Source: an uncultured Gammaproteobacteria bacterium
Lineage (GTDB): Bacteria > Patescibacteriota > Microgenomatia > UBA12405
Reading direction: 5' to 3'
Length of the DNA: 64,000 bases
NCBI GenBank assembly: GCA_964503465.1
Contig: CAZCYZ010000002.1
Coordinates: 6,995 to 70,994, forward strand
This document shows positions 35,196-45,300 of this stretch, piece by piece. A program made the translations under genes and the position numbers. The notes beneath the pieces are model-generated. The model had not been told where the DNA came from and searched no databases. It saw only the letters and a list, made by a program, of their open reading frames with translations. The first letter of the stretch is position 1. Every line of letters starts with the position of its first letter.

Positions 35196-36296
35196 ATGTT
35201 TGGTGAACGAAAAAGAAATAAAGGAAAGTCGTTAGTTGTTGCTGGAGTAGCTCGAGATATAGCTTCAACCAGACCACGGGCGGAAGTGCTTATGTCGCCG
35301 AAAGAAGTGGAGAGGCGGAGACTTGCACAGGCTTGGAGGTGGTGGGACCAGGAGGGCAGGGAGAGGTCGGAGGCTGATTTGGCGGCGGCGGACCGGGCTG
35401 ATACTGAGAGAGAGGAACAAATCAGTGGTCTAAGGCGATCTTTGGATCGTAGGGAGCCAGGAGAAAGAGTTCGGAAGGTTGTCGAGTATAGGTTGAACCC
35501 AATGACTCCAGCTAGGGCTGCAAAAGAGGCGGCGGCGGTGTTGGTGGAAGAAGAGAATGACCCCGTACAAAAAATGCAATTAATAGCGAGTTTAGCAGTT
35601 GAAGAAAAAGCAGAAAGGGATAGAAGGGCTAAAGAAAAGAATGATCGCAGATTGAAAAATGAAGCTGAGTTAAGAGAATGGTTAGACGGTGGTGGTAGTC
35701 GGAAAGCATTTAAAGAAGCAGCACAGAGAGTAGCAGATATGGTTGGTGCTGGGATGACAGAAGAGCAAATGGAGCAAGCTGTTAAATTAGGCAAACATAA
35801 GGCACGTGTATTTAGGTTTGGTAAAGACGGGACTTGCGAGCAGGTTGACCAGGAGGTTGGCACAGTTGAAACTTACTTGTTGCAGGCAATTTTGGACGAA
35901 AGGAATGCCAAAAGGAGAGATGGTCACAGGAGAGCAGCCTTTGAAAGAGCTAGAGAACAGACGGGTGAAGGTGTTGCGAGTTTTTCTAGGGCTTTGGGGG
36001 GGCTGGCAGGGGAGCGGGTCGTAGGTTCACTTACTCGATTGGCACTTGCCGCAGGCGAGGAGGCAGGGAGGAGATATGACGGAAGCGTCAGACAATTAGC
36101 GGACGGTAATCCTAGAAGAGAGCAACAGGTGCAACAAAGAAGAGCGGTGGTGCAGGCGGGAGTTGACAACTCACCAGCGATGAGGATATTGCGTCGAATG
36201 GAACAAGCCTTGTCAGGTGTTCGCGACGAAGTCCATGGTTCGAGAGTTAGATTGCAGGGTCGTGGTGAAAATGAGGATGAAGATACTAGAAAATAA
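35196..36296 (+). CDS. hypothetical charged/coiled-coil protein
   Basis: Arg/Glu/Ala-rich 366-aa ORF immediately downstream of the ribozyme. Confidence 0.4.
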   Translation: MFGERKRNKGKSLVVAGVARDIASTRPRAEVLMSPKEVERRRLAQAWRWWDQEGRERSEADLAAADRADTEREEQISGLRRSLDRREPGERVRKVVEYRLNPMTPARAAKEAAAVLVEEENDPVQKMQLIASLAVEEKAERDRRAKEKNDRRLKNEAELREWLDGGGSRKAFKEAAQRVADMVGAGMTEEQMEQAVKLGKHKARVFRFGKDGTCEQVDQEVGTVETYLLQAILDERNAKRRDGHRRAAFERAREQTGEGVASFSRALGGLAGERVVGSLTRLALAAGEEAGRRYDGSVRQLADGNPRREQQVQQRRAVVQAGVDNSPAMRILRRMEQALSGVRDEVHGSRVRLQGRGENEDEDTRK

Positions 36297-36319
36297 TTAT
36301 CAGTATCAACGCAATTAAG

Positions 36320-37024
36320 ATGATGAAGGAAAAGGGATTGGCGGTTTGCGGTGTTGGCGATGCTGAGTTGAGCATTTTTTTGCCGATTTTGAGGGAACGA
36401 TTGGGGTCGAGTGATGGGGGAGGGGTGAGGTCACTAGCAGTGACACGGGCCTTATTGAGTAGACTGACGAGTGGTGTCTGGTGGGAGACGGAGGGGGTTA
36501 GGTTTACGGGCTTGGTGTCCAAAGAAGGTAGCCAAAGAATGATATTGGCTATTGAGCAGGATAATTGTCGACCTGGTGGTCGAATTTACGGTGGTGGTTT
36601 TTTCCCTGGTGGAAGATCCGTGGGTTTTGTTGGTTGTGATCCAATTGACTATCTCGCTAGCTTAAGAAAACTTCCTGGGTTTAGTTGGCCAAGAATGTTT
36701 GACGCTTTTGAGAGTGACGTTTGGGAAGCGGAAGAGATTGGTAGCGAAGCGAGGAGGACGGTGATTGATTTGTGGGCAGAGGTTGTTGGCCAATTTTGGT
36801 TGGTTGAAAGATTAAACCAGGAAGGTTTACCAGTAATCTTTGTAGCTGGAGGTAGTGCCGGAAAATATTTTGATGATCTAGTATTGGGCGGCAAGATGAT
36901 GGATTTGAGGTGGAATAGAGTGGGAGGGGAGATGAGTCGGAGATGGAAAATCTTGAGAGGAGAACTGGGAAAATTGGGTAAAACCAGGGGTGAATGGCAC
37001 AGTTGGATGAGGAAGACTGACTAG
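36320..37024 (+). CDS. hypothetical protein
   Basis: 234-aa ORF; no family recognised. Confidence 0.35.
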   Translation: MMKEKGLAVCGVGDAELSIFLPILRERLGSSDGGGVRSLAVTRALLSRLTSGVWWETEGVRFTGLVSKEGSQRMILAIEQDNCRPGGRIYGGGFFPGGRSVGFVGCDPIDYLASLRKLPGFSWPRMFDAFESDVWEAEEIGSEARRTVIDLWAEVVGQFWLVERLNQEGLPVIFVAGGSAGKYFDDLVLGGKMMDLRWNRVGGEMSRRWKILRGELGKLGKTRGEWHSWMRKTD

Positions 37025-37063
37025 CTTGTGTTATACTCCTCTGTTTAAAAATTAATTTTAATT

Positions 37064-38011
37064 TTGTTGTCTTCCCCGCCGCTGCGGGGCAATGATGATA
37101 ATAAAGACAATATGGCAAAAACAATCAAAAAAACAGTCAACCGGACTGGGAAAAAACTGGTAGAAAAGGCGTTAGTTATCAAAGCCAAGAAAGCGGTTAA
37201 GGTGACGGACAAAGAGGCGATTAAGAAAGCCAACGAAAGAGTTCAAAAATCTAAGATCAAGGATCAAAACTTGGATCAAAATGTAAAGTTGGTAGAAAAA
37301 GAGAGCAAGACAGAAGAGAAGACAAAACCCGAAGAAAAATATAATTTGACCATTGGACTTAAAGATCTACTTGATGCCGGATGTCACTTGGGGCATAAAG
37401 TTAGCAAGACTCATCCTAGGGCTTTGGAAAATATTTATACCGCCAAGGATGGAATACAAGTATTTGACTTGATCAAAACCCAGGCAGCACTGGAGAAAGC
37501 TTGTACATTCCTGCACAATGCCAAAAAGAGTGGTAAAAAGATAGTTTTGTTGGGAACCAAGAGGCAAGCCAGGGAAGTGGTTAAGCGGGTCGCCGAGGAA
37601 ACTGGGGTGGCTTATATTACCGATAGATGGTTGGGGGGGACAATCACCAATTGGAATCAAATTTACAAAAGTGTTAGAAGATTGGGGAGTTTACGGGAAG
37701 GGTTGTCAAAGGGAACTTTTAAAGAAGCCACCAAGAAGGAATTATTGGAGATGAACAAGGAGATGATCAAGCTGGAGCGAGTTTTGGGTGGTCTTGTTGG
37801 CCTGGAGAAAATATTTGATGTTTTATTTGTAGTTGATGTTGGGTTTGAAAAAACGGCCATTAAGGAAGCCAAGCTTAAAGGGATTAAGGTGGTAGCCATA
37901 GTGGATACTGACTCTGATCCCAATAAAGCCGATTATCCAATTCCGGCCAATGATGATTCGGTCAAATCGGTAAACATAATAGTTGAGGAAATTGGTAGAG
38001 CTTTAAAATAA
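37064..38011 (+). CDS. rpsB: 30S ribosomal protein S2 with ~95-aa Lys-rich N-terminal extension
   Basis: LLDAGCHLGHKVSKTHP, KIVLLGTKRQAREVV, VDVGFEKTAIKEAKLKGIKVVAIVDTDSDP; probable start ATG at 37112. Confidence 0.9.
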   Translation: MLSSPPLRGNDDNKDNMAKTIKKTVNRTGKKLVEKALVIKAKKAVKVTDKEAIKKANERVQKSKIKDQNLDQNVKLVEKESKTEEKTKPEEKYNLTIGLKDLLDAGCHLGHKVSKTHPRALENIYTAKDGIQVFDLIKTQAALEKACTFLHNAKKSGKKIVLLGTKRQAREVVKRVAEETGVAYITDRWLGGTITNWNQIYKSVRRLGSLREGLSKGTFKEATKKELLEMNKEMIKLERVLGGLVGLEKIFDVLFVVDVGFEKTAIKEAKLKGIKVVAIVDTDSDPNKADYPIPANDDSVKSVNIIVEEIGRALK

Positions 38012-38026
38012 AAATTCGTAAAAATT

Positions 38027-38485
38027 ATGGATCAAAAAGAATTAATCAATAAAGTTAAAAAACTCCGAGTTGAGCTGGGGTTGGGAATAATGGAAATTAA
38101 AGCGGCTTTGGAAGCAGGCGAAGGTGATGAGGCCAAAGCCAAAGAAATCCTAAAACAGCAGGGTTTTAAAAAAGCCGAGAAACGAGCCGAGAAAGAAACC
38201 CATCAGGGATTGGTAGCTACCTATACCCACGCCAATGGCAAGATTGGGGTGATGGTGGAACTTCTCTGCGAGACTGACTTTGTGGCCAAAAATGAAGAGT
38301 TTGTTGGAGTGGCTCATGATTTGTGTTTGCAAGTAGCGGCTACGAATCCGGAAAAGCTTGAAGATTTGCTGGAGCAGGAATTCATCAAGGACGGGAGTAG
38401 AAAAATCAAAGATTTGGTGACAGCTTTGGTGGCCAAATTTGGGGAGAACATCAGAATTGGCAGATTTGGCCGGTTTGAAATATAA
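38027..38485 (+). CDS. tsf: elongation factor Ts (short form)
   Basis: LRVELGLGIMEIKAALE UBA-like N-terminus; LLCETDFVAKNEEF. Confidence 0.9.
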   Translation: MDQKELINKVKKLRVELGLGIMEIKAALEAGEGDEAKAKEILKQQGFKKAEKRAEKETHQGLVATYTHANGKIGVMVELLCETDFVAKNEEFVGVAHDLCLQVAATNPEKLEDLLEQEFIKDGSRKIKDLVTALVAKFGENIRIGRFGRFEI

Positions 38486-38492
38486 TTGAGGC

Positions 38493-39044
38493 ATGATAAA
38501 TTCCCAAGATCTTAAAGTCCGGATGGACAAGATAGTTGATATTTTTGTAAATGATATTGGGACAATTCGAACTGGTAGGGCAACTCCGGGGTTGATTGAG
38601 AATATTGTGGTGACGGTTTATGGGACTCAAAAAATGCGTTTGATTGAACTGGGGAGTATCGGGGTGCCGGATGTGCGATCGCTAACTTTTCAACCTTGGG
38701 ATACAGCGGCTATCAGGGAAATCGCCAATGGAATACAGGCGGCCAATTTGGGGTTTAACCCGGTAGTTGATGGGGCCATAATTCGGATTGCCCTGCCAAT
38801 GTTGACGGTGGAGCAACGGGAAGAATATGTCAAACTATTGGGACGGAAGCTTGAGGGGGCGAGAAATTTGATTCGGGATGCCCGAGGGGATGAGCGACGA
38901 AAAGTGATGGAGGCAAAAAATAACAAAACGATTAGTGAGGATGAATTCAAGCGTGACGAAGCAGAGCTTCAAAAAATGACTGATGAGTATATTGGTCGAC
39001 TGGAAGAGATAAGTAAGAAAAAGGAAATTGAAATCAGGGGATAG
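38493..39044 (+). CDS. frr: ribosome recycling factor
   Basis: Full-length RRF pattern (FVNDIGTIRTGRATPGLIENI...LTVEQREEYVK...). Confidence 0.9.
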   Translation: MINSQDLKVRMDKIVDIFVNDIGTIRTGRATPGLIENIVVTVYGTQKMRLIELGSIGVPDVRSLTFQPWDTAAIREIANGIQAANLGFNPVVDGAIIRIALPMLTVEQREEYVKLLGRKLEGARNLIRDARGDERRKVMEAKNNKTISEDEFKRDEAELQKMTDEYIGRLEEISKKKEIEIRG

Positions 39045-39047
39045 GGA

Positions 39048-40115
39048 TTATTTTCTAATCAGGCGGAGAACATCACTGGCGGTGATAAGGAATATTAGGG
39101 AGAGAAGAATTAACATGCCGGCTTGATTAACGAAGGCCTCAAATTTTTGATTGGCGGGTTTTTTGCGAATTAGTTCGTAGATCACAAAAATAATTCGGCC
39201 GCCGTCGAGGGCAGGGAAGGGGAGAATGTTAACGATTGCCAGATTAACTGAAACCACGCCAAAGAAATGAGCCACGGCCAGCAGCCCCTGATTTTTTTTG
39301 ATACTACTAGTGGCTTGGTACATGCCAATTGGTCCAGAGACGTCGGAGGGAAGGTGGCCGGAAACCAAACCAGCAATCATGTTAAAGACACCACCAGCAA
39401 TAATTTTTCCCCAATAAAAAGCCTCTTTGAAGCCAGCACCAATACCGAGGTAGAACTGGTACCAACGGACTTTAACTAATTCGGTGTTGGAGATAGTAAC
39501 TCCCATGGAACCTTCACCTTCGGGAGGGTTGTCGCGAACTTTAACCAGAACAACCCGGCCTTGACCATTTTTGTCTTCAACCCACAAAACGACCTCTTTG
39601 CCCTTGTATTGACCAACTTTGGTAGTTAGTTCGCTAGATTTAACGATAGGTTGACCTTCAACTTCACGAATCCAGTCATCTTCCTTGAGCCCGGATTCTT
39701 GAGCAGGGCTGTTGGGGGCAATACCAATAATTTTGACCTTATCCGTTTCCCGGGGAACACCAAGGATAGTGTAAACGATGGCAAAAATAGTGATGGCCAA
39801 GATAATATTCATCAGGACACCGCCAATGACGATAAGACCTTTTTGATAGGGGTTTTTGTGGTTAAAAGAATCACGGCCAGTAGCGGCGCTGTCTTCACCG
39901 TAAAGTTTACAGAAACCGCCAATGGGAAGCCAGTTAAGACTCCAGATAGTGTGGCCGATTTTTCGACCCCAGATTTTGGGTGGTAGTCCGAGGCCAAACT
40001 CCTCGACTCGGACTCCGGTAAGCCTGGCGGCACAGTAGTGACCAAGTTCGTGAACCAAAACCAGAACCGATAAAGCCAAAACGAAAACAATAAGATCCAT
40101 GAGGACAATTATCAA
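39048..40115 (-). CDS. rseP: RIP metalloprotease RseP (M50 site-2 protease with PDZ)
   Basis: VLVHELGHYCAAR (HExxH), PDZ region, C-terminal LDGG motif. Confidence 0.85.
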   Translation of the reverse strand: MIIVLMDLIVFVLALSVLVLVHELGHYCAARLTGVRVEEFGLGLPPKIWGRKIGHTIWSLNWLPIGGFCKLYGEDSAATGRDSFNHKNPYQKGLIVIGGVLMNIILAITIFAIVYTILGVPRETDKVKIIGIAPNSPAQESGLKEDDWIREVEGQPIVKSSELTTKVGQYKGKEVVLWVEDKNGQGRVVLVKVRDNPPEGEGSMGVTISNTELVKVRWYQFYLGIGAGFKEAFYWGKIIAGGVFNMIAGLVSGHLPSDVSGPIGMYQATSSIKKNQGLLAVAHFFGVVSVNLAIVNILPFPALDGGRIIFVIYELIRKKPANQKFEAFVNQAGMLILLSLIFLITASDVLRLIRK

Positions 40116-40207
40116 TTACGAATTACGAATTAGCAATTACGAAAATAAAAGTTCCTCCCTTTCTTCAAGGGGAGATGTCCCGAGCTTGTCGAGGGACGGA
40201 GGGGTTT

Positions 40208-41572
40208 TTAAAATGGACTTAACTCAAGCAAAACAGCAGTGTTGGGATCAAAGTAAATATTGGTCATGAAACGGTTACTAACAACGTTAAGGCTTTGACT
40301 AGTGGTGGCACCAAGATATTTGGTGGTTTTGAGTTGATATTTACCCGGGTTAAGACCGTTGAAGGTGACAGGAACGGTTTCAACATGTTGACCGCGCGGG
40401 TCGTAGTTGACCAGTAAGGTTTGGATAACTCCATTATTGAGGGAAGATATTGAGGTAACGTGGGAACCATCACCACTACTACTTAACCGTTGACCGGCAA
40501 GTTGATTTAGGAATTGGAGGGCGTAGTAGCGGGGTTTGATTTTGGCACCGCTACTGGGGTGAGTAATCAAGCCCCAGCCGGAGGATTTGTCCGATCGGGG
40601 GGAAGGACCATCGACCGGTTCGAAAGTAAAAAGACGATGAATTTTGCCTGACAGTCGGGTAGAAAGAGAAATAAGATGAATACCAGAAAGGGAGTTGTCA
40701 TACCAGGGGTCGGGTTCGGGGTTGGGGCCAACTTCGGTGATTAAACGTTCAATGTCAAAATATTGAGGATAATCGTCAAGAATACTGTTGAGGTTTTCGA
40801 AATCGTTGTCGTAGTCATCGGGGTTTTTGGAATATTTGTGCCAGGAAATAAAATCAAGCCGGAGACGGTTAGTGGAAGCAGTTTTGAACAACGCTTTGAT
40901 CCAATTACTGTAGTAGGCGGTGATGGCTGGACCACCAATCTTGTAGGAGGTAGAACCGGCACCGTCAACAATGGCTTTGGCGGTTTGGGTATAAAGGGTG
41001 GAGTAGGAAGGGGATTTGCCGTAATGCCAACCACCAAACAAATCGGGTTCATTCCAAACCTCGTAGTAAATACCACTAATTTTCTTTTCGACTGAATAAC
41101 GGTAAGCGGTGGCTTTGACTAGTTGATACCACTGGTTCCAGTCGCTAGGTTCACCGGCGTTCTGGCCATTCTTGGCCATAGAGGCAGTGGTGTAGGAGAC
41201 AGATAGCATTGGTCGGGCGCCAGTGGCCAAGATACTATTAATTACAGTGTCAAGCTTGGAGAAATCGTAGTTTCCTGGTCCCTGATAAACCTGATAATAG
41301 TCAAAGAGATGGTCGACACGGATAAGTTGGGGCTGAAGAGCGCGAACTTGGTTGATAATTGGGCCAATCATGTCTAGAGGTTCTTCTCCGCCTTGGGACA
41401 GGTTTCGCCAAAGAGAGGAGGGAACTTTGCCTTGGATTGATTTGGTGTCGATACTAATGTTAGCTGGAGTGGGAGCGGCAGATTTGCGAAGATCAATGAC
41501 AGTTTTGACTCCAAAAATAAGGAGTGGCAGAGCCAGTAGCAATAGTATGGTCTTAATAGTTTTGTTGGCCAT
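40208..41572 (-). CDS. secreted glycoside hydrolase (GH39/GH5-like TIM-barrel family)
   Basis: Signal peptide MANKTIKTILLLLALPLLIFG; YYEVWNEPD (catalytic acid/base NEP motif). Confidence 0.55.
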   Translation of the reverse strand: MANKTIKTILLLLALPLLIFGVKTVIDLRKSAAPTPANISIDTKSIQGKVPSSLWRNLSQGGEEPLDMIGPIINQVRALQPQLIRVDHLFDYYQVYQGPGNYDFSKLDTVINSILATGARPMLSVSYTTASMAKNGQNAGEPSDWNQWYQLVKATAYRYSVEKKISGIYYEVWNEPDLFGGWHYGKSPSYSTLYTQTAKAIVDGAGSTSYKIGGPAITAYYSNWIKALFKTASTNRLRLDFISWHKYSKNPDDYDNDFENLNSILDDYPQYFDIERLITEVGPNPEPDPWYDNSLSGIHLISLSTRLSGKIHRLFTFEPVDGPSPRSDKSSGWGLITHPSSGAKIKPRYYALQFLNQLAGQRLSSSGDGSHVTSISSLNNGVIQTLLVNYDPRGQHVETVPVTFNGLNPGKYQLKTTKYLGATTSQSLNVVSNRFMTNIYFDPNTAVLLELSPF

Positions 41573-41579
41573 GGATAAT

Positions 41580-42284
41580 TTATTCTAGCGTTATTTTGGT
41601 AAAAATGGCTTTGTGATCGGAATAGAATTTTGGTTGAGGTAAATATTGTGATTGGTAAGACTTTAGTTTTTTCCCCCAGTAAAATATGTAGTCAAGTTTG
41701 CGAAAATCTTTTGGGCGGTTGTGAGAACCACCAAGTTGACTGGTGAGGTCTGTCCAGGGAATTGTGTGATATGCCTGACTTGTGGGGGTGAAGTTGAGGT
41801 CACCAGAGATTATAAAACTGCTTTGTGGGTCAGTAATTGATGTTTCTTGGATAAAATTGTTGAGTTCGGTGATTTGGGAAAGATGAACTGCTTGGTCACG
41901 GTAGTTTTCGCCAAAATAGGTGGCAGTTAAGTGGGTGTTAATAATGTATAACTTGAGAGAAATAATGTGGCTAATTGAAAATCCCATTCCTAGTAGTCGT
42001 CCGGTTACTTGAAGATTAAATAATTTGCCCTGCTTTTTGAATTTGTTGAATTTGAAATCAGAGAATTGGGTGAGTCGGTGGTGAACTAGAGTAATCAAAT
42101 CACTTTTAATTGGGGTCCTGTGGTAGAACGGTTTAATTTTCTGGAGTCGAAAACGTTGTGGGGGAGTGAAGAACTCTTGGAGAGTGACAATATCTGGTTG
42201 AAATTGAAGTATTTGATGTATAAATCGCTGACTATACGGAGAAAGGAAACAACTGTTGAGGGAATAGATGGTGATGCTTTTCAT
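41580..42284 (-). CDS. endonuclease/exonuclease/phosphatase (EEP) family protein
   Basis: DIVTLQE, GDLNFTP, SDH motifs in the canonical order. Confidence 0.7.
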   Translation of the reverse strand: MKSITIYSLNSCFLSPYSQRFIHQILQFQPDIVTLQEFFTPPQRFRLQKIKPFYHRTPIKSDLITLVHHRLTQFSDFKFNKFKKQGKLFNLQVTGRLLGMGFSISHIISLKLYIINTHLTATYFGENYRDQAVHLSQITELNNFIQETSITDPQSSFIISGDLNFTPTSQAYHTIPWTDLTSQLGGSHNRPKDFRKLDYIFYWGKKLKSYQSQYLPQPKFYSDHKAIFTKITLE

Positions 42285-42362
42285 GATTATAAAGAATATA
42301 TCATTATTAGATACTACTAATGTAGTAGATTTGGCCCTACCTTTTGACCTATTGACGCGATT

Positions 42363-45300
42363 TTGAAAACAGGTAAACTTTTTTCAGACTATATTAAGGT
42401 TAAAAATAACAAAATGAATAAAATCTTTCGAAGGATAGGTAGTAATAGTGGTTTGGCTCAAATTCCCTTGGTAATTGGTTTGTTGATAATGGCGGTGGCA
42501 ATACCAGTAGCTACCAAATTAAGTCAGACGGAACAGGATACAAGAGATAAGGCGGCTGCTAAGGTATGTACTGTGGGAAATTTGGGAACTCGTTGTACTA
42601 ATAGTAGTGGTCAGTCTTGTCAGGAATATAGATTAGCGAATTGCGATATTTTATGTAATCAAAATTGTACTGGTGGGGGTGGAGGAAGTACTCCAAAGTT
42701 GCCAAAACCGACTAGTGGTGGCGGTGGAGGATCGACTTGTGAAGCTGGTCGTGAGAACGTTGGTTGCGGGAAAACCGGGCGAGTGAGTGGTGATTGTCGA
42801 CAAGCGGTGACATTTAACTGCTCAAGTAATCAGATGGGAGTTTTGGAAATTAGCAGGGATTGTACTTGTCGGGCGACTTGTGTTAATTCGTCTTCTTGTG
42901 CTGAACCAACCTCTCCACCCCGGGCAACTAATACACCAGAACCGTCATGTCAGGCGGGTCGTCAGGAGTTTTTGGGTGAATGTGGCAAGAAAGGTCGGGT
43001 GTCTACTATAAGGTTTGGATCGAGGTCGTATGAATGCGCCCAGCCGGTGGATTTTAATTGTCAGAGTGGACAAATTGGAGTTATTGAAATGGCTGGACCA
43101 AATTGTGTTTGTAGTGCCAGGTGTTTGAACGAATCTACTTGTGCCGCGGCCACGCCGACTACTAGACCAACTTCTCGACCAACTTCGACTTCGACTCCTC
43201 GGCCGACCACAGCTTGTGTTCGAAATGGATTAACGACAGGCTCAACGTCGAATTGTTGTAGTAAAAGTAGTGTTACTTATGCTGGTACTGGTGGGAGTCT
43301 TGTCACCTGTTGTGCTGCTAATGGAACAGTGGCGGAAAATAAGGCTGAATGTTGTAGTGGTAATGGGACAGTGATCACAGGTGGGCGGGACCAAGGTGCT
43401 TATACTTGTGGTGCTGCGCCAACCTCTACTCCTAGACCGACAGCTACTCCGACAGCGTCAAATTTGGGGAGTTGTGCCGCCACTTCAAGCCATCCAGTAA
43501 TGGCTAATGGTGAGACCTACTGTCAGAGTCCGTATCTTCTTGGTTCTCGAGCTTGGGCTTGTAACAATGGTACGGCAACAGTGAGAACAAACTATTTGAA
43601 TACCCGAAATTGTGACGGTAATGTCCCAACCGGGTTGCCAGTGGGTAACTGTGCTGCCACTGGTAATCATCCAGAGATGACTAATGGTGGATCCTATTGT
43701 CAGACCCCTTATTTGGCTGGTTCCAGAAGGTGGACTTGTAACAATGGGGATGCAACCATATCGCGTAATTTCTTGGCTACTAGAAATTGTGAAGAGACTG
43801 TTCCGACTGGAGCAGGAGGGAGTTGTACAGCAACTACCAATACTCCAGCTCTAGCTAATGGTGAGTCTTATTGTCAGAGTCCTTATTTGGCTGGTTCCAG
43901 AAGGTGGACTTGTAACAATGGAGTAGTATCGGTATCTCATGACTTTTTATTGACTAGAAATTGTAGTGGAACAGTGCCGACTGGATTACCGGCGGGTAAC
44001 TGTGCTGCGTCGCCAAATCATCCGGCCATGACTAACGGTCAGTCTTATTGTCAAAGTCCGTATCTTTTGGGATCAAGAGTTTGGACTTGTAGTAATGGAG
44101 ATGCAGTAATAACTAATAATTACGAGGCGACTCGAAATTGTAATGGAACTATTCCAACAGGATTACCGGCAGGTAACTGTCCGGCCACTTCAAGCCATCC
44201 AGTAATGGCTAATGGTGAGACCTACTGTCAGAGTCCGTATCTTCTTGGTTCTCGAGCTTGGGCTTGTAACAATGGTACGGCAACAGTGAGAACAAACTAT
44301 TTGAATACCCGAAATTGTGACGGTAATGTCCCAACCGGGTTGCCAGTGGGTAACTGTGCTGCCACTGGTAATCATCCAGAGATGACTAATGGTGGATCCT
44401 ATTGTCAGACCCCTTATTTGGCTGGTTCCAGAAGGTGGACTTGTAACAATGGGGATGCAACCATATCGCGTAATTTCTTGGCTACTAGAAATTGTGAAGA
44501 GACTGTTCCGACTGGAGCAGGAGGGAGTTGTACAGCAACTACCAATACTCCAGCTCTAGCTAATGGTGAGTCTTATTGTCAGAGTCCTTACAGATTAGGA
44601 TCAAGAAGATGGCATTGCGACAATGGGGTGGTATCGGTGGAGTCTATATATCTTCTTACTAGAGATTGTCGGGGAACCGTGCCAACTGGAACGACTCCGG
44701 GAAATTGTGCCGCGACTGACGAGACTCCGGTTTTGACTAACGGTCAGTCTTATTGTCAAAGTCCGTATAGGTTGGGGTCAAGAAGATGGGTTTGTAACAA
44801 TGGGGTGGTATCGGTAACAAATAATTATTTGACTACAGCCAATTGTGCCAGTTCATCACTGACTCCAATTCCTGGTTGTGTGATAGTCAATCCTTTAGGA
44901 GGGTGTCTATTAACACAAACAGCGATTGACAATCTAAACGAGTGTAGTGCGATAAGCTCTTTGCCTATTAGTAGCAGTTTGAGGGCGAGTGTATGTAGTG
45001 CTGTTGGTTTGAGGGCAGTGTTACCACTTCATTGTCAATGGTCAAATGGAAGTTGTGTACCTCGTTACAATGTCAATCCTTTTACTTGTAAAGTTGGAGG
45101 AGTGGCTGGTGTCTGTACTACTCGAAGTAACTGTAGTGGAACCTTTGACCAAACACAGGTTGTTGACTGTGGCGGTGCTCTAGGGCCTTTGTATACTGTT
45201 CTGGGTGTTGGCTGTTGTGTGACTGGAGGCACTGGAGGAATAGTAACTCCAATTCCGGGTTGTATTGTTGCTAATCCGGCTGGTGGTTGTTGGTTGACCC

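Larger units (their letters stand above)
24480..37060. mobile_element. putative integrated conjugative/mobile island (T4SS-like ATPase, VirB6-like membrane protein, SLT+M23 hydrolase, hammerhead ribozyme, locally elevated GC)
   Basis: Gene content plus compositional shift (for example 28.9-29.4 kb and 30.7-35 kb visibly GC-rich against the ~45% background); no integrase or att repeats identified, so boundaries are approximate. Confidence 0.45.

Noticed and set aside
40116-40150. AT-rich heptamer micro-repeats (aattacg x4 at 40116-40150; taatttN x4 at 53085-53125).
   Set aside because: Very short, low-complexity and intergenic. Probably promoter UP-element-like A/T tracts rather than a distinct feature.
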